From Camelus dromedarius (taxonomy: Eukaryota), in NCBI RefSeq assembly GCF_036321535.1, contig NC_087443.1, forward strand, positions 64,976,001 to 65,040,000: 64,000 nt of DNA. The letters are read 5' to 3'. The notes below the pieces were generated by a model. The model was given only the letters and a program-made list of their open reading frames with translations, did not search any database and was not told the origin of the DNA. The translations under genes and the position numbers were made by a program. Positions 1-11,956 of this stretch are shown here, one piece after another (positions within the stretch are counted from its first letter, which is position 1; every line of letters begins with the position of its first letter).

Positions 1-1589
1 TCAGTTATTGTCAACATCATCATAATTGCACCAAAAATATCTTTTTTCCCTTATCAGGGCACATCAGCCAAATACCTAACTCTTTGCAAAAATACGATTT
101 TTGGTTTAAATTTTAAAAAGACATAAAGTAGAAGTTAAAACTATTGCTGAGAGGGAAATTCTCTCTTTAAGAGAAAAGTCACAGTGCCCTCCTAAACCAT
201 TTCCAATGCTGCTGTGTTATCTCCCTGGTTTCCAAATCCCAGACACTGCCTTATTAGTTGAATCCCCTTGTTTTCTCTGATGCCCTACATTGAGACTGAA
301 GCAATCATATAAATCTCTCAGAATGAGAAAGCTTTGTGGTTATGGCATCTCATGCATTTGTTGAAATTGCTATTTTAGCCAATTTTAATATGGAAGTTCC
401 TACATTGTTAATGCTTTCCTAAGTGATATTTGATGGCAAAATTAATATCTGCATGAAGTATAATAAGTGAATTTTTGTGGGAAAAAAAAACATGTAAGTT
501 GATAGAGGGTAATAATCACCTTGTCAAAGAATACAAGATTTCATTTTCTCAGAGTCATCTATATTCCCTGGTTTCAGGTATACAGGCTGTCAAGATAGTG
601 AGATTTATTTCTTCTCTAATTGTACCAAGGCAGCCAGTTTTATAGGACATATAGCTATGGTGTCCACTTTTCAAAAGGGTACAAAATCCATGGCATCACT
701 TATACAGGGAATTACATGCACAATGAAGGAAATGGCTTGTATGCCAATGAAACCAGACCCCATTCCCAATTAAAGGCTGATAGGACCTTGGAGATGAAAT
801 TCAGATGTCTAAAAATGTATAAAACCGATGACTTATTTATTCAAGGGAAGATCCAAAGCAGTTTGCTTACGACCTCAATCCCAAAGGAACTGACCATCAG
901 AGAATGCAAGTTTGACCTTCTTTGTGCAATTTTCTGTGGTTTGCTTTCTCATGCACTGAAATATGGAGCATGCATTTAAAATCCTTCATGCGTGTTTCAA
1001 GATCCGTGGGCCACTTTACCTTGAAACCTCTTCAATTTCACACATAATTCATTAGAGGTGGATAATGGTCTTGAGCTCAGGAACAGGAATTATAGTCAGT
1101 ACTGGCTTTTCTCCTTCTGCGACTAATGTCACTATAGGACTAGCTGGTTGGTTTCCACTTACTCTAACTCCCCCAAATGTTCATTTATGTTCTAAACCAT
1201 GTACTCTGTGGGGTATCTTGTTTTATGCCCTGAAGCATTGTGCAGGAAACACATCATATGTCCCAGTACTCAAGAATGCATGCATTTGAGGACTAAGGCT
1301 GTGTTTGTAAAAAATTAAATCTGTATGAACAGGTGTGAATTGAATACAATTTGATATGCAGGGAATGGCCAGCAGACTTGGGTTACTGAAAGCATAGGCT
1401 TCAGCTTCAGTTTTTCCAGAGCTGAATCCCAACTAGACCACTAAGTAGCTGCATGACCTCTGTGGCTATGAGAGGGCATCCTAGCTTGGACAGCAAATCC
1501 AGATAGAAAACCTGGCTTGCATTCAGGGAAACTTCAAAATGGATTAGTAGTTTGATAGATAAAAAGTGGGGAGTTAAGTGTTACAAACA

Positions 1590-1785
1590 GAGAGAGCAGT
1601 GTGTGAAAAGATAATGAGGAAGAGAAGAAAAGATGTGGCAAATTCAAGAGCACAGAAAGGAGGCCGTTATAACGCAACATAGGAAGTAGAATTGTAGTTT
1701 GCATTGAGGGTGCAGAGGTGTGTGGGAGGGGGTGCAGACTGTGGATGACTTTGTAAGCTATGGTCAGGGTTTTTTTCCCTTTAAA
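1590..1785 (-). mobile_element. L2 (LINE-2) fragment
   Basis: Purine-rich stretch ending GCAGACTGTGGATGACTTTGTAAGCTATGGTCAGGG, resembling the antisense L2 3' region; highly diverged. Confidence 0.45.
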
Positions 1786-1800
1786 AACAAATTATTGATG

Positions 1801-1963
1801 AAGAGTGACTGCTTAATAGATACAGGATGTCCTTTGGAGGTGATAAAAATGTGTAAGAACTAAATAGATTGTTGCACAACACTATCAACATACCAAATGT
1901 CACTGAACTGTACACTTTACAATTACTGATTTTATGTTATGTGAATTTAACCTAACCACAAAA
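1801..1963 (+). mobile_element. Old L1 (L1MB-like) 3' end
   Basis: GAGTGACTGCTTAAT...GGAGGTGATAAAAATG...TTGCACAACACT...CACTGAACTGTACACTTTA...TTTTATGTTATGTGAATT matches the L1MB/MC 3' terminus. Confidence 0.75.
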
Positions 1964-1994
1964 TCAATTTTAAAGCTAATTATTATTTTAAAAA

Positions 1995-2378
1995 TTAATG
2001 CATGTACAGATGCACAGAATTTTAAAAGTATTAGAAATTATTCAGTAAATAGTTTTCCCTCCTACTCCTGACCCCTCATTACTGTTTCTTCCCCATGGAC
2101 ACCTCAGTTGTAAGCATATTTGTGCTGGTTAGCCTTCCAGATACACTTCGTATGATATGCATATGTATGCTATTAACTTTCTTATCAAATTGATAGCATT
2201 TCATGGACTCTGTTTTGTGCCTTGCTTTTGTCATTTAAAACTGATCTTATCCTGAGCTCCCACTTTATCATACTAACTACTATACATAAAATAGATGGGA
2301 AAAAAAAGTCCTACTGTAGAGTACAGAGAAATATTCAATATCTTATAAGAGCCTATAATAAAAATATTAAAAAGAATA

Positions 2379-2409
<31 letters not shown>

Positions 2410-2610
2410 TATTGAATCACTATGCTGTACACCAGAAATTAACACAACATTGTAAACTGACTATACTTCAGTTAAAACAACAACAATGAATTTATCTTGG
2501 AGATCATTCCATACAAGTACACAGAGAGCTGCCTCAGTCTTTCCAATGGCTTCATTGTATGGTTTTGCCATTCCAGTCACTGGATATTTAGATTATTTCT
2601 AATCTTTCAT
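1995..2610 (-). mobile_element. L1ME-like 3' region, interrupted by a younger L1 tail (2271-2486)
   Basis: TTGTGCCTTGCTTTTGTCATTTAA continues after the insertion as TATCTTGGAGATCATTCCATACAAGTAC...TGGATATTTAGATTATTTCTAAT, typical antisense L1ME 3'UTR. Confidence 0.6.
2271..2486 (+). mobile_element. Young camelid/cetartiodactyl L1 3' tail (5'-truncated, ~215 bp)
   Basis: AACTACTATACATAAAATAGAT...(TA)n...GAATCACTATGCTGTACACCAGAAATTAACACAACATTGTAAACTGACTATACTTCAG followed by an A-rich tail. Confidence 0.85.
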
Positions 2611-2824
2611 TTCCTCTCCACTGCCTTGCCTCCCTATCCACCAACTGATTCAAATGGATTATAAAGTTTTTGGAGTGATTACCTTTTTTTGAACAAAATT
2701 GGATTTATAGTTATATAGGCACAAATGAATATACAAGTTTATTGGCAATAGACATATGCCTGATTCATGTTTAAATTAAGTCCCACATTTTCTTAAAATG
2801 TACTCAGTTGAAAATTTCTATCCA

Positions 2825-3220
2825 GAGAAGTGACATCAGCAAGATGGTGACATAGGCCATTCCCAACCTCAAATCCCCCTCACAAGAAGACCAACTAGCA
2901 ACTGTCCATAGACATCGTTGTGGAAATACCAGGTGCTCAGGGTGAAGCTGAAGGACACCCCCACCCTGAACCACAGATACTGGGAAGGATGGCATTAGAA
3001 TGGTAAGAGGAGCAGCTACTCACTGACCACCTTGCTCCCGCCCCAAGCTGTCAAAGCAACACACCAAAAGGGTCCCCTGGGCCTGTAGTTTCTCCAGCAG
3101 GAAAAATAGAGCCCAAGGCAGACATTCAGAAATCCTAACATCACTGGACTTCTCCTAGGAGGTCCACTCAGATCTTGCCTGAGACCTGAGGAATCACAGA
3201 GGGAAGCTCTGGGGCTTGAT
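2825..3220 (+). mobile_element. Isolated L1 5'UTR start (L1M2/L1MA9-type 5' end)
   Basis: GAGAAGTGACATCAGCAAGATGGTGACATAGG (YY1-like AAGATGG core at 2841-2847) and AAGAAGACCAACTAGCAACTGTCCATAGAC match an old L1 5' terminus; no ORF1 follows. Confidence 0.65.
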
Positions 3221-3239
3221 TACAGGATAATTTCATTTA

Positions 3240-6200
3240 AACATTTAGGTATGCTAATATCATGGCTCTATTACTTTGATTTTACAACTTAAAAAAAAGT
3301 ATTTTCGTTTCCAACTTTACTAGTTTCTATACTACCTCCAATTTTTTTCTTTTCCTTCTCTTTTAAATTTTATTCTATCATTTCCATTTTTCAGGGGTTA
3401 TAGATTATTTATATACTATTCTGTAACTATAACCCCCACTTCTATTCTAGTTTTGACCTCTCTCTGAGTCAAATTAAGTTTTGCCACATTTTTATTATAC
3501 ATCTCTTCATCAATTGAAGTTTGCCCTTTAGAATCTTTTAGAGAGTCACGTTGTAGAAAGACTCATTGAATTATATTCCTGGGGTTCTTGCACACTTAGA
3601 TGTTTATTGCCTTCATAACTGGAATAACACTAAAGCCGAAAATAAAATTCTTGATCCATTCTTTCCTTCTTTAAGAATTTTTAGGTATTTACATGTCTTT
3701 TAGAAATTACTCTGGACTGGAGGAATCTAAAGAAGGCTGATTTTCTTTTTTTCTTAAAAGGGATTTGATCTTTTTGACTAGTCATACAGAAGATTTTTAA
3801 CCTTTGACTTTCAGTAATTTTGCTAGAATATGATCTCAGGGTTGATCATTCTATACCAAATTTTCTTGAGACATAGCATGACTTTTTGATATATAAGTTT
3901 AAAGTTCTTTGTTTCTGGGGAAAACATTCTTGAATTACATACTTAGAAATTATTTATATTCTATTGCTCTTGTACTCTCCAGGAATTTTTATCTTTCTTA
4001 TCTACTTTTTCCTCCTTGTCCTTTTTAATTTTTGTGCATTTCTGTTTAATTTTTATTGTTTTCCTTAATTCAGTCCTACATGTTTATAGAGTATTTGTGC
4101 CATGTCTATTCTCCTTTGGGAGAGTTTCAAAATTACTGTAATATTTTCTACTTCTATTTCATTTCAATTTTGAGTTCAGTTTAAACTCCTTTTATGGTCT
4201 AACCACATCTTTACATCCTTGGAGCTCTCTGCAGAGTTCTTATTTTCTTAAACACATTTGATGGGATTTTTTTTTAAATCATGAAAACACACTTGGTCAA
4301 AATTTTTAGCTGATTCATGGTTACATTCATCTGGTGAGTGGATTTTCATCTTTCACTGGATTTTCTTGTTTCTGTCCTCCTTTCTCCCACCATTTCAGTA
4401 CATCTATAAAGGTATTTGCTTTACACAAAATCACATTACTCATCTTTGAATGAGCTGAGTTCTCCCTGGATTTGCTGTTGATAGGAACTTTATGTGATGA
4501 AGGATCCTGAGGACACTAACAGGACATGTCTCTGGCTCACAGTGGGTTTCCATACAGCCCAGTGTTATAAGTGTCTTTGCTTCTGCTTTTCCCAAGATGG
4601 TAAAGATGAGCTGATGTAGGATTACATCAATGTAGACTTTTTCTTCTCCACCCTGTTACACCAAGAGAATCCTTCCTACAAATGTGGCACATTGGTGTGA
4701 TCCTTCATTCAGTCCCTCAACCCTGATCCTTCTTGATGCTTAAATGGGTCTAGGGATATGCTTGCTGTCACCCAATCACAACATTCCCAGAATTCCCAAC
4801 AATGAATTGTTGGTTTTCTGTCAGGATGTGACATCTACTCTGGAGAACTTAGCTGTGCCAGCTTTTTCTAGAACATGGAGCCGTAAGCATTATCTCTCTC
4901 CAATCTTTCACATTCTTTTTTGCCCATATAACCATAACTGCTTTTGAGGGTCTTTCTTAAAATGTTACAATTCCAGACTTCACACATCATCTAGTTTGCT
5001 TTTTTGGTTCTTAATAGTTTTACTGAGGTATAATTGATATATAATTAACCACACATATTTAAAGTGTACAGTTTGAAGATTTGATGTATGTAATCACCAC
5101 AATCAAAATAATTAACATATTCCATCACCCCAAAATTTTCTTGTGTCTTTTATAATCTAGCCCTCTGTTCTTCTCCATAACCCCTCTCCCTAGGCAACCA
5201 CTGATCTGCTTTCTGTCATATCAATTAGTTTGCATTTTTTTAGAGACTTATATAATCAAATCACAGTATGTATTCCTTTTTGTCTGGCTTCTTTCACTCA
5301 TTACAATTATCTTACTTTGTTCATGTTTTTGCATGCATTAATAATAGTTAAGTCATTTTTGTTGCTGAGTAGTATTCCATTGTATAGACATACCACAGAT
5401 TGTTTATACATTCACCTATTGATAAACATTCTAGATGTTTCCTGTTTTGGCTGTTGCAAACAAAGCTACTACAAACTTTCTTCCACAAATCTTTATATAG
5501 ATATATGCTTTCTTTTTCTTAGAAATATAATTAGGGATGGAATGGCTGGATCATATGGTAGGGGTATGCTTAACTTTTTAAGAAACTGCAGAACTATGTT
5601 CCAAAGTGGTTGTACCAGTTCATATCCCCAACAGCAGTGTATGAGATTTCCAGTTCCTCCACATTCTTGCCAATAATTGGGATGAACAGATTTTTTAATT
5701 TCAGCAATTCTAATAGATGTGCAGGAATAGTCACTGAGTAATGATGAAGATCATTGTAAATATTTGTCAGTCAACTATGTTTCTTCTTTGAGGAAGTGTC
5801 TATTGAATTCTTTTGCCCAATTTTTTTTTTTGGATTGTTTGTCTTCTTACTATTGACTTTGAACATTCTTTTTTATGTTCTGAATACAAGTACTTTATTA
5901 GATGTTTGCTTTACAAATATCTTCTCCCAATGCATGGTTTGTCTTTTTATTCTCTGAACTATATCTTTTGAAAAGCAAAATTATTTTTTTAGTTTTTATG
6001 AAGTCTAACTTAGCAATTTTTTAATGGATAATGCTTTTGGTGCTGGATCTAAAAAATCTTTCACTATGCCAAAGTAATTTCTTCTCCTATGCTTTCTTCT
6101 GGATGTTTTATAGTTTTAAATTTTACATTTAGTTTTATGACCAATGTTTAGTTGATTTTTCTATATGGTGGAAGGAAGAGATCAACATTGATTTTTTTGT

Positions 6201-6395
6201 GTGGATATCCAATTGTTCCAACTTTATTTTTTGAAACCAATATCCTTTCTCTACTGATATATCTGTTTAAATTGGGGAAGTTGGTCACCTACTAGTCTCT
6301 TGAAAACCATTATTTTATCTATGCTGCCTGGTATTTTGGGTTATTTCAGAGAGTAAATAGGTTCTGGTTACTCCATCTTAACTGGAAGTAGAAGT
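3240..6395 (-). mobile_element. HAL1-like element, split by an L1MC insertion (4998-6255)
   Basis: AAAATTCTTGATCCATTCTTTCCTT...CTGATTTTCTTT...CAGTAATTTTGCTAGAATATGATCTCAGGGTTGATCATTC is typical antisense HAL1 ORF sequence. The L1-type 5' terminus TACTCCATCTTAACTGGAAGTAGAAG appears at ~6369-6394. Confidence 0.55.
4998..6255 (-). mobile_element. L1MC1/2-like 3' end plus ORF2 C-terminus
   Basis: TACTGAGGTATAATTGATAT...ATTTAAAGTGTACAGTTTG...CCTAGGCAACCACTGATCTGCTTTCTGTCA...GTAGTATTCCATTGTATAGACATACCACAG; ~1.25 kb of contiguous antisense L1. Confidence 0.85.
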
Positions 6396-6454
6396 ATGGA
6401 CCTAGTTTATGAAGTTGTCTCCCACACTTTAAAATGGCTTTATGATCTTACTCA

Positions 6455-6540
6455 TTATTATTATTATTATTTCCATATTGTAGGTTTATAAGCAGAAGTT
6501 CAGGGAAGTTAAACAATTTTCCCAATTCATAGAGTTGCTG
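6455..6540 (-). mobile_element. MIR fragment
   Basis: ATTATTATTTCCATATTGTAGG...AGAAGTTCAGGGAAGTTAAACAATTTTCCCAA resembles the antisense MIR core. Confidence 0.5.
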
Positions 6541-6762
6541 CAATGATTAATAAGTTTGCAAAACCCATAGTGCAGTATGTGACATCAAAATTGTGTAGCA
6601 GTTGATAAATAAGGGTTTTTAATCTATTTAATATTATTTATTAAATTAACTTTACCACCATAACAAGGGTCCCTCTGCACTGTATTCAACAACTACAAAT
6701 ATTTTTTTTCATTGAAATCCATTTTTCCTTAAAAAGTCTCTACCTTTCATTTCCTTACCCAG

Positions 6763-6960
6763 GATACGTTGAAGAGTGTTTTCTCAGCCTGATCACGGGG
6801 TCCCATTTGTACCCCCAGCGTCAGTTGCTGATCTTCTGCACTTCTCAGAAACCCATGAACTTCATTCATTAGCTGCTAAATTGCTGCTTCCAGAAAGAGA
6901 CAGATGACTATAACATTTCACTGACTTAAAGCTCACATAATAAAAATAAAAGAAGCCTTA
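6763..6960 (+). other. Candidate 3'-terminal exon of an unidentified transcript
   Basis: Pyrimidine tract CTCTACCTTTCATTTCCTTACCCAG|G (AG 6761-6762). Phase-0 reading gives DTLKSVFSA* (TGA 6790-6792). Tandem AATAAA at 6939-6944 and 6945-6950. No protein recognised. Confidence 0.2.
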
Positions 6961-7499
6961 GAGAAGAAGGGTTTGGAAAAATCATAAATAAGTATATGTT
7001 TTAGACAGTCTTTGTTTATCCTAGTGTCAGGATCAATGCATTAATGCTAAGAAATAAATAGCTTTAGTTAATTAAACAGGCTATTAGGAGAATAGAACTG
7101 TTCTTATCACTTTCCACATAAGGAAGTAAATCTATTACTTTTGAATGAAGCTGTATTGAGAAAAACATCAACTGTCCATATTAAGATATTTCCAAGAACT
7201 ATAATTTTGTTTATAAAAATGAAGCCCTTACGGGGATAGTGAATTTTTATCTTTTCATCCTTGAAACCCTTCCAACAGCACCCTGTCTATGACATATAAG
7301 GACATCGAAGGTTTATTTCATGAGCTGGTTTGCTTATGTGGTTTTTTAGAACCAGAGATGATGCTCTGAGCTGAACTCTAAGACGTTGCTAACAACCTGA
7401 AGTCTAACCCTATGTGTTTCTGTGATGTTAGGAATACAGAAGTAGAAATCAAGAATCTCAGGGTCAGAAGCGAGGATGCTTGTTGTAGAGGGAAATTCA

Positions 7500-8620
7500 T
7501 CCAGCTATCACCCTCTCTCACCCCATCTCTTCACAGCCAAACTCTTCAAAAGTTTTCCCTTCATCACCCCTTCCTCACCTCTCAGACTACTCATGCTATG
7601 ACTCCATCACTTCACCCTAGCTCTCTCCCCAAAGTCATCAGTGATCTTCATATCACTAATCCAAAGGATATATTTTAGTCTTCCTCTAACTTAACCCATC
7701 AAAAGAACATTGCATTATGATCAACTCTACTTCTTAGAACATTCTGTTCCTTGGTTTCCATGACCTACATTGCACTTTCCTTCTTTTATTTTTTTCTCTT
7801 AGCATTCCTTATCAGATTCCATTTTAGATTTATCTTCCTCTAAATTCAACTGTTAAATGCTGGTGATGATCAGCCCTAGATGTTCTTCTTTTCTCATGCT
7901 TTGTACTCTCCCTAAGGGAACTCATCACACTCGGTCTTCAACTGCCATCTACACAGGTGACTCACCTACTTCCCCTCTAAGCTGTGGACTCACTTAACCA
8001 GGTGTCCCATTGACATCTCCTATAATGTCTCAAAGGAATTCCATACTTTTCATGTCCAGGTCCATATTAAAACAAAAGGATTAAAAAAAATCAAATCTAA
8101 TGTGTTATTCCCATTTTCCCAGCTTAAAATAAAAATTAATATGATTCACAGGAGCCTATACAACCTAGCCACTATTTTTCTCTCCAGCCTCATCTCACCC
8201 CACACTCTACTCTTTGCTTCAAGAACACCAACCACACCACTCTGCTTTATGACTCTCATATTTGCCACACTCCATCCTGCCACAGGACCTTCTACCTGAT
8301 CCACTTTCTCTCGCCTTCCTCTATCACCTTCCAGTTACCTATGACTCATCCTCTTCATCCCGACTCACGTGTTACCCCTCAGAGTCACTCACCCCCAACC
8401 TCCCAGACAAATTTACTATCTTCTGTTCTGTGAGTTCATGATGCAATATGCCTTGGGGTGTTATAATTTAATTTACATGTATAATTTCTTGATTAATTTA
8501 AAAGCTCCTCCCCAGTGAGAGCTCCATGATGGCAGGGACAAATCCTGCCAAGCTCTTCAACGTGTCCTCAGAATTAACACAGTTGGTGATCAAATAAAAT
8601 AAATTTGTTGGATTTATTGA
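7500..8620 (+). mobile_element. L2 (LINE-2), 3' ~1.1 kb
   Basis: CTCTCCCCAAAGTCATCAGTGATCTTCATATCACTAATCCAAAGG (L2 ORF region) through GAGAGCTCCATGATGGCAGGGAC...AAATAAATTTGTTGGATTTATTGA (L2 3' end). Confidence 0.75.
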
Positions 8621-9279
8621 GTAATTGTAAACCAAGAGGACTGGATCCCTTTCCTAGCTCTGTCTTTGTTTAGCTTAATGACTATCGGCATAAAGGACTG
8701 CTGCCTGAATCGAAGAGATGTTTACCCTGGTCACTGAAGGATATTAATACACTATACAAATCCTGCCCTCTGTAAGGACCCAATCCATTTGCTGATAAAT
8801 CATTTAAGCATGCTTTCACTCTCAAGAAGCTTAGATAGAGGAAATCATACCACTTTCCTGTTTCATATAACTCCCAGGTTTCCTCAATCAGTGCCTACAA
8901 GTGCCCCAAGCTGCAGTTTTCTATAACTGAGCCTTATGACTGTTTTGATAGGGGCAGATGCCTGTGTCTTCCTGAGGACTCAGAGAGGGTAGAAAGTGCA
9001 CAGCCGGTTCTCATTTGGGGGTGCTCAGAGCTTGCCACAGTTGCCCTAGGTTTGGAAAACTTGAAGGAAAGGCTTTAATGGACAAAAATGTGGGGGAAAG
9101 GTTGACATTTAACCATGAGAAAAGAAAAATGAATCTCTGGTTAGTATCCACCCAAATTTCAAGACTTCACTGGCAACTCTACTGCCTTCCTCTACTGAAT
9201 ATGTTACTCTTATACCATATACTTTAAAAACAGTTGGCACATTTTTTTAAATTGTGGGATGCTAAGAATTACACAACAG

Positions 9280-9450
9280 TTTCACATTCATGGAAGCATT
9301 TTATCTTCATTAAACCTTATAATGCAGTCTTGTCTTTGCTCTTATTTTTTTCAAGTTAGGTAACTGAGGATTAGAGACACCAAGTGGCTCAGTGTATATT
9401 ATCCCTCTGATGAACCTGGTTTCAACTCAGCTGCTTTTATTCTAAGACTT
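9280..9450 (-). mobile_element. MIR
   Basis: TTATCTTCATTAAACCTTATAATG...GGTAACTGAGGATTAGAGAC...CCTGGTTTCAACTCAG. Confidence 0.55.
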
Positions 9451-9529
9451 GTAGATTTTTTTCTCATTACCTTAGTTAAAACTTTCTTATTCTATTTTTC
9501 TCTAATTCCTAGACATAAATTTATGTTTC

Positions 9530-9632
9530 TTCTCACATGCACTATAAATTCCCTGAAGACAGCAACAGCAGCCTGTGATTCTATATCAAGTCAGAATTTA
9601 GCACAAAGCAGGTAATGTTTTGCTGAACTGGG
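9530..9632 (+). mobile_element. L2 3' end fragment
   Basis: CACTATAAATTCCCTGAAGACAGCAAC...TTAGCACAAAGCAGGTAATGTTTTGCTGAACTG. Confidence 0.45.
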
Positions 9633-9775
9633 TCAGGGCAGGTAGGAGGAATTAACAAAGCTGGCAGACACAAAGCCCATGATGTCAGTGGAGAGACAAA
9701 ACTGAGGCTTTAGTTTGCAGAAAATACCAAGGGGCACAGATAATTTATTTATTGCTGAGTGGAATGGACTTGGGT

Positions 9776-10248
9776 CAGGACCAGCTATGTAGTTTGCAGG
9801 GCTCTGTAAAAAATTTTTAAAATTATTGTTCAAAATGCAGGGGAAAATATTCTTCCTCTCTTCCATGGTCTTTCTCTCCATGTATTGTAGTGTTTTTTAT
9901 TTGCCGTTTAATGTTGTACACCCTTGGATATGTGGGTATCTGCAGGTTGAATGTAGATCTATGCCTGTGCCCAGGCCTCTGCTAGGGATGAAGGGTGTCA
10001 GCTACCACTGCAGAGAGACAAGGAAGTGGGCTGACAACCCATCCAGGAAAGGCAGACAGGAGAGCCTGTGAATAAGGCCCCCAGTCCCCAATGAATGCTC
10101 CACTGTCCCATCAGATTTCACTTACAAAATACAGAGTCAAAGACAAAATTATTAAGAATTTCATATAGTAATTGCATAGTCTTAAACCCCAAGAATGGGG
10201 CTCCTTTCTGAGTGTGGAGCCCTGTGCACACCCTGGAAGCCAGCCCTG
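9776..10248 (-). mobile_element. hAT-Tip100 non-autonomous DNA transposon (MER91/MER115/Zaphod-related MITE)
   Basis: Imperfect TIRs CAGGACCAGCT (9776) and AGCCAGCCCTG (ends 10248). Imperfect 8-bp TSD ACTTGGGT / CCCTGGGT. Diagnostic AAAATTATTAAGAATTTCA...CTTTCTGAGTGTGGAGCCCTGTG. Confidence 0.7.
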
Positions 10249-11827
10249 CCCTGGGTCACATCTGTTAATGAAACTAGAACAAAGTCAGAGGCTCCTGGAC
10301 TACCAAGGGTCCTTACCTCCTGTGTGCCCTATAAAATCAGCACTTGGCAGCTGTAAATAAATATGGTATTGAATCAAATTGGAGAGATTGCAATAAAAGC
10401 AGAAAAGGCAAGATGTGTTTTTTAAATCACAGTATTAAATAGAGCCAGACTTTCCTTGGATACTCAAAAGGAAAGTTTTTGGTACACCTTTCATATTAAT
10501 AGAAATGAGATGAAGAGTCCAACACACAGGTTTTAACCTCAAATTTAACTCTTGTAAGCAATAGCAGGCCAGACTGTGAGGGGACCTCCCTCATCCTTGA
10601 CCTCTGCAGAGGAACAAAAACCCCAACCGAAGGCTACATAAATATTTGATAAGCAGCTTCCTTTGTCATTTACAGGGCATGGCAGACAAAGAAAATTAAA
10701 GCACTAAAAGCCTCAAACATACTCTTGTTGGTGTTGGAGTCCTTCTGGAGCCCAGGACCACCTTCGATTGTACTTGCCATGCTCACTGATTCCACTGCTG
10801 TGGAGCCCTTACAGGTAGAACAGCAGCTCTAGAAGGCTGCCTCCAGGGAGGTGGCTGGAAGAAACCACTCCAGGCTACTCCTTAGCCTCCTCACACCAGA
10901 AAGGCCCGTGGTTAAAACTGTGCTTACAGATTCATGGGGCTCCTCTTGGGGATGAGACCCTATTCGGCCACTGCAATCCACCCATTTCTCACAGCAGAGG
11001 GGCTCACTTTACACAAGAGTTACCAGTCACATTCCTGCACCTGCAGAGTCAGGGACGGTTTAGTGTTCATAAACTGAATTCCATTTTTAACGTAAAACAA
11101 TTTGGTATTTGAGAGAGGCCTGAGGTAAATCCTCTGGCAACCCAGACTCATCTACTCTGGAAATAGCCAAGGCGTTCAGAAAGATATTGAATAGCCAGCA
11201 TAAATCTAGATTTGCATATTGAATTGGAGATGTCCTTGGTTTCTCCTCAGAGTAGTTCTGCTCATTCTTATGCATGGGATTCTTCATTTTCTACAGAGAG
11301 TATTAGTTTGTTTGGTGGTCAGTGTGCTTCCTTCCTAAAATGCAGCCCTTTAAGTTGACCTGTCTAATAACATTGTAAATATAGGATGTGGTAAATGTCC
11401 TATTCTAGATTATGTCCAGAGTAAATGAAGGGATGAATAAATCCAATTACCACACGATGTGTCACATACTGAATGTAAAGCAAAAACAATCGTGTGATGA
11501 GAAATGTTTCTGTCCACTGTATGTGGAAGAGAGGGTGTATGCACCCAGGAAAGACACTAGTGAAAAATTACAAACTAATCAAAGTGAGCTCCTAAATTCA
11601 TTTTTCTTATAATTTGGGGTTGGTCTTAAACTGTTTGTTTCTCATGGAATGCATTAGTTTGCTAGAGCTGTCACAGCAAAGTACCACAGAAATTACTTTT
11701 CTCACAGTTCTGCAGGCTAGAAGTCCAAGATCAAGGCATCAGCAGGGTTAGTTTCTTTTGAGACTTCTCTCTCTTTGCTTGTAGATGGCTGTCTTCTCCC
11801 TATGTCTTCACATGGTCTCCTCTCAGT

Positions 11828-11956
11828 NNNNNNNNNNNNNNNNNNNNNNNNNNNNNNNNNNNNNNNNNNNNNNNNNNNNNNNNNNNNNNNNNNNNNNNNN
11901 NNNNNNNNNNNNNNNNNNNNNNNNNNNNNNNNNNNNNNNNNNNNNNNNNNNNNNNN
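11828..11956. other. N-run (129 nt) at the MLT1/L1 junction
   Basis: Seen directly in the sequence. Confidence 0.99.

Noticed and set aside
620-979. 119-aa ORF (G/Y-rich, faintly MORN-like)
   Set aside because: Non-ATG start, no recognisable domain spacing, no coherent splice pair; the length is compatible with chance.
5230-5676. 148-aa ORF, and similar ORFs at 31408-31809, 35504-35725 and 35571-36110
   Set aside because: Antisense or off-frame readings of L1 sequence; some run through N-runs.
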